51,123 bases of DNA from a virus. Lineage: Duplodnaviria > Heunggongvirae > Uroviricota > Caudoviricetes. Below are positions 9,847-19,794 of the stretch, one piece after another. Both the position numbers and the translations under genes were made by a program. A model generated the notes under the pieces. It was not told the DNA's origin. It made no database searches and worked only from the letters and a program-made list of their open reading frames with translations. Position 1 is the stretch's first letter; every line of letters begins with the position of its first letter. The stretch lies in the IMG/VR virus record IMGVR_UViG_638341087_000015, positions 1 through 51,123 of that record; one strand, written 5' to 3'.

Positions 9847-10704
9847 ATGCTGTTTGTGCTTATTCTAAGCAATCGGGCAGCATCATACGGGGCAATTATG
9901 GCCGCATTACCATACATGCAACTGTACATAGCTGATTACCTGGCTGACACCATGCATTTGTCAGCAGAGGAGCATGGTGCGTATTTGTTGCTGATGTTCA
10001 ATTACTGGCAAACAGGAAAGCCAATACCTAAAAACAGGCTGGCAAAAATTGCCCGTCTGACTAACGAGCGATGGGCTGATGTTGAACCGTCCTTGCGGGA
10101 GTTTTTTTGCGATAACGGCGAGGAATGGGTGCATCTTCGGATTGAGGAAGATCTGGCATCAGTCAGGGAAAAATTAACCAAAAAATCAGCCGCAGGAAAA
10201 GCATCGGTTCAGGCCAGAAGAAGCAGAAAGGAAGCAGATGTTCAAACAAAACAAGAGAGAAATTTAACAGGTGTTCAAACAGATGTTGAAGTGGTGTTTG
10301 AACATGATGTCAACACAAAGGCAACTAATAAAGATACAGATAAAGATCTAAAAACAGATCCCCCCCTAAATCCCCCCCGGGGGAATCGAGGTGTCAAAAA
10401 GTTTGACCCTCTGGATATTGCTTTGCCGAACTGGATTTCTGTCTCGCTCTGGCGTGAGTGGGTTGAATTTCGCCAGGCATTGCGTAAACCGATTCGAACG
10501 GAGCAGGGCGCTAACGGGGCGATACGGGAGCTGGAAAAATTCCGCCAGCAGGGTTTTTCACCTGAGCAGGTGATTCGACACAGCATCGCCAATGAATACC
10601 AGGGCTTGTTCGCGCCAAAAGGTGTTCGACCTGAGACGTTACTCCGACAGGTTAACACCGTCTCGTTACCGGATAGTGCGATCCCGCCAGGCTTCAGGGG
10701 GTAA
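9847..10704 (+). CDS. ydaU: Replication-associated protein YdaU-like (285 aa)
   Basis: Position upstream of the DnaC-like gene; 285 aa as in Rac ydaU. Confidence 0.65.
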   Translation: MLFVLILSNRAASYGAIMAALPYMQLYIADYLADTMHLSAEEHGAYLLLMFNYWQTGKPIPKNRLAKIARLTNERWADVEPSLREFFCDNGEEWVHLRIEEDLASVREKLTKKSAAGKASVQARRSRKEADVQTKQERNLTGVQTDVEVVFEHDVNTKATNKDTDKDLKTDPPLNPPRGNRGVKKFDPLDIALPNWISVSLWREWVEFRQALRKPIRTEQGANGAIRELEKFRQQGFSPEQVIRHSIANEYQGLFAPKGVRPETLLRQVNTVSLPDSAIPPGFRG

Positions 10705-10710
10705 CTGACC

Positions 10711-11457
10711 ATGAAAAATATTGCGGCAGGAGGCATTCTTGAACGTATCCGCAGACTGGCCCCGCCACATGTAACCGCCCCATTCAAAACGGTAGCGGAG
10801 TGGCGCGAGTGGCAACTTTCCGAAGGCCAGAAACGTTGTGAGGAGATCAACCGTCAGAATCGTCAGTTGCGGGTGGAAAAAATTCTGAATCGCTCTGGCA
10901 TCCAGCCATTGCACCGCAAATGCTCGTTTGCGAATTACCAGGTGCAGAACGACGGTCAGCGATACGCGTTGAACCAGGCGAAATCTATCGCTGATGAACT
11001 GATGACCGGGTGTACAAATTTTGCGTTCAGCGGAAAACCTGGTACCGGAAAAAACCATCTGGCGGCGGCTATCGGGAATCGCCTGCTGAAAGATGGCCAG
11101 ACAGTGATTGTGGTTACCGTGGCTGATGTCATGAGTGCTCTACACGCCAGCTATGACGACGGGCAATCAGGCGAAAAATTTTTGCGGGAACTGTGCCAAG
11201 TGGATCTGCTGGTTCTTGATGAAATTGGCATTCAGCGCGAGACAAAAAACGAGCAGGTGGTGCTGCACCAGATTGTTGATCGCCGGACAGCGTCGATGCG
11301 CAGCGTGGGGATGCTGACAAACCTGAACTATGAGGCCATGAAAACATTGCTCGGCGAGCGGATTATGGATCGCATGACCATGAACGGCGGGCGATGGGTG
11401 AATTTTAACTGGGAGAGCTGGCGTCCGAATGTCGTCCAGCCAGGAATTGCGAAGTGA
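10711..11457 (+). CDS. ydaV: DnaC/IstB-like replicative helicase loader (248 aa)
   Basis: Walker A motif [15 protein letters not shown] and Walker B LLVLDEIG; follows ydaU. Confidence 0.8.
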   Translation: MKNIAAGGILERIRRLAPPHVTAPFKTVAEWREWQLSEGQKRCEEINRQNRQLRVEKILNRSGIQPLHRKCSFANYQVQNDGQRYALNQAKSIADELMTGCTNFAFSGKPGTGKNHLAAAIGNRLLKDGQTVIVVTVADVMSALHASYDDGQSGEKFLRELCQVDLLVLDEIGIQRETKNEQVVLHQIVDRRTASMRSVGMLTNLNYEAMKTLLGERIMDRMTMNGGRWVNFNWESWRPNVVQPGIAK

Positions 11458-11479
11458 TTTTTACCGGGAGGAAATTTTA

Positions 11480-12241
11480 ATGGAAACCGTTTTTGATGCA
11501 CTGAAAGCAATGGGAAAAGCCACGTCGGTAGAACTGGCTGCGCGACTTGATATCAGTCGTGAAGAAGTGCTGAACGAGCTGTGGGAACTTAAAAAGGCTG
11601 GCTTCGTTGATAAAAGCGTATACACCTGGCGTGTGGCTGATAACAACGTTCAGCAGGAACAGCCAGAGCAGGCAGAACTGCCGGAAGAAACCACCACGGC
11701 AACAGTAGCGAAAATCTCAGAGTGCGATTTAACCGCGACGATTGAACAACGTGGCCCACAAACGGCGGATGAACTGGCTACGTTTTTCGGCACCACATCA
11801 CGCAAAGTGGCTTCAACGCTGGCAATGGCAATCAGCAAAGGCCGTCTGATTCGCGTTAATCAGAACGGTAAATTTCGTTACTGCATGCCGGGCGATGATT
11901 TACCAGCAGAGCCGAAAGCTGCATCGGTAACGGAAACTGATGGTAAAGCCTTTCCTCAACCAGCAGGTGTTGCGTTACCGGGACAGGAAGCTGCAACACA
12001 GGAAGATATTAAAACAGAAACTGTGGCGGACATTGTGCAGTCGTTGCCATCGTTTACCGAAACGCGAGCGGATGACCTCGTTCTGCCATCGCTGCATATG
12101 GCAAACCGCGAACTGCGTCGGGCGAAAAATCATGTCCAGAAGTGGGAGCGTGTCTGCGCCGCGCTGCGGGAGCTGAACAAGCACCGGGATATTGTTCGAC
12201 AGATTACTGATTCTTCTCGCTGTGTTGCATCGGAAAAGTGA
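11480..12241 (+). CDS. Hypothetical protein with tandem winged-helix-like segments (YdaW-like)
   Basis: ORF 11429.. trimmed to the ATG at 11480, preceded by GGGAGG. Confidence 0.45.
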   Translation: METVFDALKAMGKATSVELAARLDISREEVLNELWELKKAGFVDKSVYTWRVADNNVQQEQPEQAELPEETTTATVAKISECDLTATIEQRGPQTADELATFFGTTSRKVASTLAMAISKGRLIRVNQNGKFRYCMPGDDLPAEPKAASVTETDGKAFPQPAGVALPGQEAATQEDIKTETVADIVQSLPSFTETRADDLVLPSLHMANRELRRAKNHVQKWERVCAALRELNKHRDIVRQITDSSRCVASEK

Positions 12242-12256
12242 TTGCCGGAGGCGCTT

Positions 12257-12661
12257 ATGGCAAAAGTATTTACACAAGAAGAGCGGGAAAAAATCAAGGG
12301 ACAGGTTGTTGAGCTAGTACGCCGGAGTGGGCGCGAGACGTTACGGCAACTGGAAGCCAAGACAGGTGCGACAAGATATCTGATGAGCGTTCTCGCCAGA
12401 GAGCTGGTTGCCAGTGGCGATGTATACAACTCTGGCTACGGGTTATTCCCGTCTGAACAGGTTCGTAAGGACTGGCAAAACGCCCGCAAAAAACTATCGA
12501 GGGCAAAGGCGAAGAAACCGGTTGTGGTTGATCCGGACCTTATCTGGTCATTACCAGACGGAGAAATACGCCGCTACGACAGGCGTCAGAACATGATTTG
12601 CCGTGAGTGCCGGGAAAGCAAAGGTATGCAGCGTATACTAACGTTCTATTGGGGAATATAG
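12257..12661 (+). CDS. Hypothetical protein
   Basis: Track ORF starts at TTG 12242; the ATG at 12257 has a GGAG RBS. Confidence 0.4.
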   Translation: MAKVFTQEEREKIKGQVVELVRRSGRETLRQLEAKTGATRYLMSVLARELVASGDVYNSGYGLFPSEQVRKDWQNARKKLSRAKAKKPVVVDPDLIWSLPDGEIRRYDRRQNMICRECRESKGMQRILTFYWGI

Positions 12662-12676
12662 CCACTAAATAAGGTA

Positions 12677-12988
12677 ATGAACCAAATGAACACGGAAAAA
12701 GCGAAAACGCAGCTCAGGATAATGCTTGCCGGTCCGGCTGCGAGTTATGCGACACATTCACCAGCCATAAAAAAGGTTCTTGATGAACTGGAAGCCAAAG
12801 ACAAGCGCATTGCAGAACTGGAGGCAAGGGAAGTCCAGCTACCGGCTGGCTATGAACTTCGATATGGACACCCGATAAATGCTGATGAGCGCCATGTCAT
12901 GATACCTAAGGAAAATGGCAGCTGGATTTATCTGGCTGATTTAGAGCGCGCACTACGTGTTGCTGGCATTCGCATCAAAGGAGAGTGA
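12677..12988 (+). CDS. Hypothetical protein (coiled-coil segment)
   Basis: ORF in the same orientation as the replication operon. Confidence 0.4.
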   Translation: MNQMNTEKAKTQLRIMLAGPAASYATHSPAIKKVLDELEAKDKRIAELEAREVQLPAGYELRYGHPINADERHVMIPKENGSWIYLADLERALRVAGIRIKGE

Positions 12989-12989
12989 C

Positions 12990-13346
12990 GTGGAAATAAA
13001 ACCAGAAGATGAGTTAAGTAATATTGTTTTATTTCCGGTAAAAGAAGATGACCCACGTAATCAGGTTAATTTTCTTTATGAGCCATCGGAAAGACCATAT
13101 TGCCATCACGCTTCTGTCCGGGTTGATGAAAAAGAGCGTCAGGTCCGCTGTAAAATCTGCGGTGCAGTTGTGGAGCCGTTTGACTGGATGCTCTCTGTGG
13201 CGAAAAGAGAAACCAGACTGGCAGATGATGTAAGGCTATTGCGTCAGGAGGAACGGGAAAGGCGGAAAAATATAGAAAAGCTAATTCAGATTGAGCGTAA
13301 CGCAAAAGCGCGGATACGCAGAGCGACAAAATCCAGAACTGAATAA
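12990..13346 (+). CDS. Hypothetical protein with CxxC motif (GTG start)
   Basis: AAGGAG upstream of the GTG at 12990, directly after the stop of the previous gene; the tracked start at 12957 overlaps the upstream gene. Confidence 0.4.
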   Translation: MEIKPEDELSNIVLFPVKEDDPRNQVNFLYEPSERPYCHHASVRVDEKERQVRCKICGAVVEPFDWMLSVAKRETRLADDVRLLRQEERERRKNIEKLIQIERNAKARIRRATKSRTE

Positions 13347-13443
13347 TTAAATTTAGCACTGTTAAAAATTTAATCCTTAACCGGAGGGATTTCTGCACCC
13401 TCAGAACATCAGGAGGCCGCCTGAAAGGGCGGTGGAGATAATA

Positions 13444-13965
13444 ATGGGAATAACTAAAGAACGATTGTTGGAAATAGCAAACCTTAGTGATTGGGCATTA
13501 AGTGATGAGAGAATTATTTCTCCTCATGCTTATGAGTCAGTTACAAGTATAGAAATAACCACAATGGCTAGAATGCTGCTTGGTTATTTCAAAATAGAAA
13601 ATAAAAAACAGATGGATAGTAATGTTGATATATGTGAGATTTTAGACGATTGGGGGGCTTGGGTTGTGGCTGGTAATAGTTCTATTGATTGGCAGGAAAT
13701 AGCTGATAAATATAAAAATGTTGTTCCTCATGGTAAAAAATCACGTCGTCAGTGCAGCAATGATGAAGGGCGAGTTATTGACATTAGTATCCTTAGGTTA
13801 GAAAGATATAAGCAACAAGAATATGAGTTAATTGTTGCTCATTTTGTGATTGGTTTATCTCTTCGTGCTATTGCAAAGCAACAAGGATGTTCAGATGGAA
13901 CAATTCGTAAAAGATTGCAAAAAGCCTTAGGTTTTTTGACTGGATATATAGCAATTACCAGTTAA
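13444..13965 (+). CDS. Putative Q-family (QuuD-like) antiterminator/regulator with C-terminal HTH
   Basis: Segments WGAW, SRRQCSNDEG and CSDGTIRKRLQKAL resemble the conserved core of DLP12-type Q proteins as I recall them; AT-rich; GGAG RBS before the ATG at 13444. Confidence 0.45.
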   Translation: MGITKERLLEIANLSDWALSDERIISPHAYESVTSIEITTMARMLLGYFKIENKKQMDSNVDICEILDDWGAWVVAGNSSIDWQEIADKYKNVVPHGKKSRRQCSNDEGRVIDISILRLERYKQQEYELIVAHFVIGLSLRAIAKQQGCSDGTIRKRLQKALGFLTGYIAITS

Positions 13966-14603
13966 GAGTCAGCGGGTTTTTTACCAGTGTAATGGTATAA
14001 GGATACTCCCATGTGTCTTACATGATATGGAAGCGCTGTTGCTGGATGCTTTGTGATACTCTTAAAGCGGAGGGGAGAGCCTTCCGCTTCAATTTCTGCG
14101 TCCGAAACGGTCGTAGAGAAAAATTCTTTCCATTCATTGAATTTTACTGCTGATTTGTCAGACTTTATATAAATTAGAATTCCTCCATGATCGTCACGTG
14201 ACGTACCCGTGCCGTAACGTTCGGTTAGCTGAATCCAGCCATTATGAATAGATTTGGGGCCTCTCCATAATTTTGCTTCACCGATCCATTCGAATTTTCC
14301 GAATTGATGTTTAACTAATAAATCAACGTGACCGCCATGTTGAGTATCATGTTCAACATCATAAAACCTACCTTTCAGGAAATTTTTGATCGACGCTGTT
14401 AGCTCGTCCTCTCCCCACTTAGCATCTTGATAGAAGTGTTTGTCATTTTCTAAATTCTGAATAGCGTCGTCTAAATCTTCATAGAGTTGCTTTACAAAAA
14501 TATTTTTGTCTGCAGCTAATTTTCTTTGAACCATTCCCCTAAATTCAGGATCCATTCTAATTAATGATTGAAGGTCTGCAGTACAGATGTTTACATCACT
14601 CAT
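13962..14603 (-). CDS. Hypothetical protein with PD-(D/E)xK-like nuclease motif (cassette gene 3)
   Basis: Motif HVDLLV...EWIGEAK (D then E-x-K); ATG at 14603 with GGAGAG RBS, overlapping the upstream gene stop by 8 nt; 3-prime end overlaps the convergent Q-family gene by 4 nt. Confidence 0.5.
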   Translation of the reverse strand: MSDVNICTADLQSLIRMDPEFRGMVQRKLAADKNIFVKQLYEDLDDAIQNLENDKHFYQDAKWGEDELTASIKNFLKGRFYDVEHDTQHGGHVDLLVKHQFGKFEWIGEAKLWRGPKSIHNGWIQLTERYGTGTSRDDHGGILIYIKSDKSAVKFNEWKEFFSTTVSDAEIEAEGSPLRFKSITKHPATALPYHVRHMGVSLYHYTGKKPADS

Positions 14604-15024
14604 GCAGACTCTCCAAAAGACTCGAAGGAGTAAAGTATGGATAAAGATACTGGCTAAAATTATCAACCAATTCGCCAGTTTCTGGATGGTAAAAACTTCC
14701 TGTGTCTAAAGCATAGGAAATAAGATCATCTTCAACTGGTATTGGTTCTTCCGTTAAATTATCAATGTATTGAAAATGCATATCCAATAGATGTGCTTTA
14801 TAGCTAGATAAATAATCAGTTGCTTTTATTAGCAGGATATAGTCATCTTTCGTATCAGTTAGATAGGTCAAACCATTGATAAGGGTTTTGTATGTAAAGT
14901 GATTGATATTTTTAGCATCTTTACTAACCAGAAAAAGAAAAAGATCACGACACACACTGCGAACAGGATCATTAAAATCCTGCTCTATTTGCGTGATAAT
15001 GTCGTGATATATACTCTTTTTCAT
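14596..15024 (-). CDS. Hypothetical acidic protein (cassette gene 2)
   Basis: 142-aa ORF; its ATG overlaps the stop of cassette gene 1 as ATGA (translational coupling). Confidence 0.55.
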   Translation of the reverse strand: MKKSIYHDIITQIEQDFNDPVRSVCRDLFLFLVSKDAKNINHFTYKTLINGLTYLTDTKDDYILLIKATDYLSSYKAHLLDMHFQYIDNLTEEPIPVEDDLISYALDTGSFYHPETGELVDNFSQYLYPYFTPSSLLESLHE

Positions 15025-16112
15025 TTATGGCCTGATGATCTCGCTCTTCTTTTCTCTTCACAGGACTTAACAGAATCCAATATTTTTTCAACAATAAATA
15101 TAATCGAATCAATGTTGTTACAGTTCTTCGCAATTGCTTCATGCAACCTAATTCTAGGATTATCAAGCATTGTCCTTTTCCCTGGTAATATTAACTCTAC
15201 TGATAAAATATGTGAAGAACTTTGTGGTAAATCCCAAATTTTTCCCAACTTAAACTTTGTCAATATTGGGCTTGCGGACTCTCCACTATGATGGTAAACA
15301 TCTTGACGCAAACACTTTTGACTTGGTTTGAGTTTTAAAGAACTTGTATTGCCATCTGAGGTGATAAAAGATACATGAGAAATTCTGCCATCTACTTTCT
15401 CGTAAAGATCTTGTATTGAACCAAATAATTCAAGAGGATTGTTTAAAATAACGCCAGCTTCTTTTTTTATAAAATTAGCCACAAGGTATTGTTGAGGCTG
15501 TGATTCACTTCTTGGAAGGATAGATAAATCAATCGTAAGAATTAATATTTTTTCTGCAGGCATTAGCATGATGGTATTAAAGCATTGCGTGACTTGGCGT
15601 GTTTTGCATTTTATTTCTCCACCATTAGCACGTAATTCCATACCCGCATCGCTAAGATGTGTTGGGTCAAGCTCTATCACTTCAGTGTAATACGCTTTGG
15701 ATAAAAAAACAGCAGTGTCAATTTGTTTATCACGAATGATATCTTGACGTAGTTCAGCAAAATGCAGCTCAGTATCAGCAACTAACAGCTCCTCTCTGGA
15801 TAAAGGAGTTGGGTATTTTTCTGAGAAGAGGCTATTGTCCTTTTTCTGATTTGTGAAAATTGTTTGTAATTTTGCTACGTCTTCATCGGTGATTCTATAA
15901 ATAGAAAGTAATCGATTCCCGCTAAAAATTAAACCTTTCCAGAAATCGTCGATTCTGTCTTTTAGGTCGGGATTATGCTGAACTACACTATTTACACGTT
16001 CAATAAAAAGGGGTAATCCTTGGGCCGTTACACCCAGTGATGAACCAAGAAGCTTACGGGTGTTGCGCCAGCCAAAGCGTGAATTGATGTTTTTTACTGT
16101 TTGCTCAAGCAT
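15021..16112 (-). CDS. Hypothetical protein, about 363 aa (cassette gene 1)
   Basis: Track ORF 15021..16118 begins at GTG; the ATG at 16112 has AAGGAAG 5 nt upstream; AT-rich; no motif recognised. Confidence 0.55.
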   Translation of the reverse strand: MLEQTVKNINSRFGWRNTRKLLGSSLGVTAQGLPLFIERVNSVVQHNPDLKDRIDDFWKGLIFSGNRLLSIYRITDEDVAKLQTIFTNQKKDNSLFSEKYPTPLSREELLVADTELHFAELRQDIIRDKQIDTAVFLSKAYYTEVIELDPTHLSDAGMELRANGGEIKCKTRQVTQCFNTIMLMPAEKILILTIDLSILPRSESQPQQYLVANFIKKEAGVILNNPLELFGSIQDLYEKVDGRISHVSFITSDGNTSSLKLKPSQKCLRQDVYHHSGESASPILTKFKLGKIWDLPQSSSHILSVELILPGKRTMLDNPRIRLHEAIAKNCNNIDSIIFIVEKILDSVKSCEEKRRARSSGHK

Positions 16113-16457
16113 TAACACTTCCTTAATTTTCCCTTAACAATTTAGGGTGCTAAACTTTTTTGCGCAGTTTACACAAAAAAATAGTGCGTACGCAAAAACT
16201 ATCTAACATGATGAGCTTTAACCGGGAAATTTGTATATGTTGTGAGCATAAAGTTGGCTGAGAAATTTAAAACGGGTAGAATGACTGCGGGTGCTTGAGG
16301 CTATCTGCCTCGGGCATGAACACCAAAGGCAGATAGAGAAAAGCCCCAGTTAACATTACGCGTCCTGCAAGACGCTTAACATTAATCTGAGGCCAATTTC
16401 ATGCTTTGCACATGTAGGTTAGCCTCTTACGTGCCGAAAGGCAAGGAGAAGCAGGCT

Positions 16458-16613
16458 ATGAAGCAGCAAAAGGCGATGTTAATCGCCCTGATCGTCATCT
16501 GTTTAACCGTCATAGTGACGGCACTGGTAACGAGGAAAGACCTCTGCGAGGTACGAATCCGAACCGGCCAGACGGAGGTCGCTGTCTTCACAGCTTACGA
16601 ACCTGAGGAGTAA
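16458..16613 (+). CDS. hok: Hok/Gef family type I toxin (51 aa)
   Basis: MKQQKAMLIALIVICLTVIVTALVTRKDLCEVRIRTGQTEVAVFTAYEPEE matches my recollection of HokD/RelF; AAGGAG RBS; GC-rich structured leader and trailer typical of hok mRNAs. Confidence 0.85.
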   Translation: MKQQKAMLIALIVICLTVIVTALVTRKDLCEVRIRTGQTEVAVFTAYEPEE

Positions 16614-17079
16614 GAGACCCGGCGGGGGAGAAATCCCTCGCCACCTCTGATGTGTCAGGCATCCTCAACGCACCCGCACTTAACCAGCTTTGGCGGGTAT
16701 ATTTTATCTGTGAATATTTTTATAAAAATAATGCCCACGCACAGCATAAAACAAAAAGTATTACAGATAAAAAAGGAACGTAATGTGCAGATTTGTTGTT
16801 TTCCATATTTACTCACCTTAATATGATTAACCCTGATAGGGTTGTTATCTCAGCGGTTTTCAAATGAGATATTATGGTGATCTGACAAATTTGCATAACA
16901 TTAAAATTTAATTTGTTTAACCGCTTTTAATAATAAGCGTTGTTTGTATCCCAGCAATCTGTTGTTTGGTTTTTATTCCATTAAGGAGGGGGCTTTACAC
17001 TGGAGCCAGTTTATTTATACTTCATACGTCAGCCTGAACAACTGGCATCTGCTGCGCTGCGCCATCGAGAGATTGAGAA

Positions 17080-17679
17080 ATGGCGCATATACAACTGGTC
17101 AAACAAACCTCTTCCGGATTACTTCTCCCGGCGACGCCGGAGAGTTGTGATTTTCTGCATCAAATCAAAATAGGCGAGTGGATACACGCAGACTTTAAGC
17201 GTGTGCGTAACTACGCATTCCACAAGCGTTTTTTCAAACTCCTGCAACTGGGATTCGATTACTGGACTCCGGTCGGTGGGGCGATCACGCCTCGCGAACG
17301 AGAACTGCTGTCTGGTTTCGTTGATTACCTGTGCGAATCAGTTGGTCGGGAACACACGCCAGCCCTGAGTGATGCCGCAGAGCAATATCTGAATACAGTT
17401 GCGACACGCAGAACCCGGGATACGGCATTGTTAAAGTCGTTTGAGGCTTTTCGCGAGTGGGTAACCATTCAGGCTGGATTTTACACCGAACATTTTTATC
17501 CGGACGGTAGCCATGGGCGTCGGGCGAAATCCATCGCTTTTGCGAATATGGACGAAACCGAGTTTCAGCAGGTTTATAAATCTGTTCTGAATGTGCTGTG
17601 GAACTGGATTCTGTTCCGTAAATTTTCCTCTCCGGAACAAGTCGAAAATGTGGCCGCGCAGCTGCTGGAGTTTGCGTAA
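17080..17679 (+). CDS. Nin-region protein (YbcN/DUF1367-like)
   Basis: Position immediately upstream of a YbcO-like gene and Q; in-frame stop two codons upstream of the ATG. Confidence 0.45.
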   Translation: MAHIQLVKQTSSGLLLPATPESCDFLHQIKIGEWIHADFKRVRNYAFHKRFFKLLQLGFDYWTPVGGAITPRERELLSGFVDYLCESVGREHTPALSDAAEQYLNTVATRRTRDTALLKSFEAFREWVTIQAGFYTEHFYPDGSHGRRAKSIAFANMDETEFQQVYKSVLNVLWNWILFRKFSSPEQVENVAAQLLEFA

Positions 17680-17969
17680 TGGTGGATTTACGTAAAGCGG
17701 CGCGGGGGCAGATGTGCACCGTCAGAATTCCTGGCTACTGCAATCACGATCCGGAAACGTCTGTGCTGGCGCATTACCGACTGGCGGGAACGTGCGGAAC
17801 AGCGACAAAACCACACGATATGCAGGCGGCGATTGCCTGTAGCTCATGCCACGATCTAATCGACGGGCGGGTAAAAACCATCGATTACACCAAAGAAGAA
17901 TTACGCCTGATGCATGCAGAAGGTGTTCTTCGCACACAAGAAATCTGGAGAAAGGAGGGATATTTATGA
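17679..17969 (+). CDS. Nin-region protein YbcO-like (96 aa, Cys-rich)
   Basis: 96 aa with CxxxxC/CSSCH motifs; start overlaps the previous stop (TAATG); stop overlaps the Q start (ATGA). Confidence 0.5.
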   Translation: MVDLRKAARGQMCTVRIPGYCNHDPETSVLAHYRLAGTCGTATKPHDMQAAIACSSCHDLIDGRVKTIDYTKEELRLMHAEGVLRTQEIWRKEGYL

Positions 17970-18508
17970 TTTACCCAACGAATACAGGAAAAAGCGGAGA
18001 ACACCTTCGTCTCACCACGCTGGAAAGTGTCTGGATTCAGGGAAAACTACGTATGTGGGGGCGCTGGTCGTATATTGGCGGCGGTAAGACGGGGAATATG
18101 TTCAACCAGTTGTTGGCCTCTAAAAAGCTGACAAAAACGGCAATTAACGAGGCGCTCCGGAGGATGAAAAAAGCAGGTCTGAACAAGTCTGAACTTGAGG
18201 CTTTTTTGCGGGATATGATTAACGGTAAGCAAAAGAGCTGGCTGGCGCATTGTACTGATGCAGAGGCGTTATGTATTGATCGGGTCATAAGTCAGGTGCT
18301 GGCAGAGCATCCAGGATTGATTAGCGTCCTTCGGCAACGGTATGAGGGGCGGGGGATGACCAAACGCAAAATGGCTGAATTGCTAAATGATGCACACCCA
18401 GAGTGGTGTTTTAGCACATGCGAAAAGCGAATTGCTAATTGGTTGGCCGTTGCTGAGTATGCGCTATACATTCCCATGCGAGAATCATTCTCTCAAAAAA
18501 CGGCTTGA
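17966..18508 (+). CDS. Putative late-gene antiterminator Q (180 aa)
   Basis: ATG at 17966 preceded by AAGGAGGG; last gene before the tRNAs and lysis cassette, the canonical Q position. Confidence 0.5.
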   Translation: MIYPTNTGKSGEHLRLTTLESVWIQGKLRMWGRWSYIGGGKTGNMFNQLLASKKLTKTAINEALRRMKKAGLNKSELEAFLRDMINGKQKSWLAHCTDAEALCIDRVISQVLAEHPGLISVLRQRYEGRGMTKRKMAELLNDAHPEWCFSTCEKRIANWLAVAEYALYIPMRESFSQKTA

Positions 18509-18594
18509 TTTTTTACGCATAAACTGCTTCAATTTTGCTACGCTTCGCAAAGCTGTATCGCGAGGCGAATCAAGCGCAATTAAACTTTAATAGA

Positions 18595-18620
18595 ACCCGC
18601 CATCGAGCGGGTTTTGTTGT
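18595..18620 (+). terminator. Intrinsic terminator-like hairpin downstream of Q
   Basis: acccgc-catcga-gcgggt stem-loop followed by a T-rich tract. Confidence 0.4.
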
Positions 18621-18861
18621 TTCTGTGGTGTGATATCAGAAACGACATTTAATCATCGCCTTCAAAATAAATTTATTTATATGTTGTTGTATATATTTTA
18701 AGTGAAAGTGAATTATTCACATAAAATAAAAACATATAAATAAATTTACATAACTTGACGCAAACTGTTGTTGCGATTGGAATATTAAATCGTATCATCG
18801 AAAACGGTTCTGAGGGGGAACTCTTCTTTGAACGGTGATATCGCTCCCCTGAAGAACCAAT

Positions 18862-18937
<76 letters not shown>

Positions 18938-18940
18938 TAT

Positions 18941-19015
<75 letters not shown>

Positions 19016-19381
19016 GCATTTGAAACAAGCCTTATTGTATTACGGCACTGGCGTATTTTTTTATTACGTGGGAGCAGGTTGTTTTGAAAAAGCATTCTGT
19101 TCTCTGGCTATGATTTGAGGCCGGGTGTAGCCTCAGTGCTGATTTTTTTACGGCAGCAGAATGGTGCATTATCGGTGGAGATTTTGTATTTCCTGGCAGG
19201 GTCGGTGATGCATCATTCTGGTGTTGTAAATCGCACCACAGAGGCGCTCCTCAGTGCGAGGGTGGTTTAAAGAGTCGGTTTAGCGGGAAACCACAGTATC
19301 CATACAGCACGGAATACTTCGGGAGGCACCCGACGCCTCGGTTTAATAACAATTAAAAAATTCATCCCTTGCATTGACCAA

Positions 19382-19406
19382 CCGCCATATCTGGCGGTTT
19401 TTTTTA
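19382..19406 (+). terminator. Rho-independent terminator
   Basis: ccgcca-tatc-tggcgg hairpin followed by a run of eight T. Confidence 0.6.
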
Positions 19407-19794
19407 TTCCTTTCTCAGGACAAAAAAAGACACGAGCATCCAGGAATACTCGTGGGACAACGTCCTTTAGATAGCAATTTGCGAGAGGGTGAAAAGTAGC
19501 GCGGTCGTCGGATTAAGACCGCGGGACAAAGTCCATGAAGAATAATAAGTATTGGCCCCCTTCTGGGGACATGTTCATACTACTAAGCTTCAGAAGTGGT
19601 TTAAATCATCAAATTAACCTTAATTTACGATAAGTCTTATTTCATTTCTTTGCGCCACATCTGGCGCGCATCAAATAACGCCACGCAAAGGGCATCTGCG
19701 GATGCCGGTGCTTTTGACGGGGTGTTTTTTACGGGCCGCTGGTGGCCATTTTTTGTTTCCATTACACAGCGCCCGCATCTGCGAGGTGGGGGTT

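Noticed and set aside
10275-10850. 191-aa minus-strand ORF across ydaU and ydaV
   Set aside because: Antisense to two well-supported replication genes; Arg/Ser-rich reverse-frame translation.
18755-18800. Possible late promoter (TTGCGA, 16-nt spacer, TATCAT) upstream of the tRNAs
   Set aside because: Hexamers are weak and several alternatives exist; not reported as a feature without transcript mapping.
19702-19794. Upstream extension of the holin ORF
   Set aside because: Extension lies in hairpin-rich non-coding sequence; the 71-aa product from 19795 matches the pinholin size.
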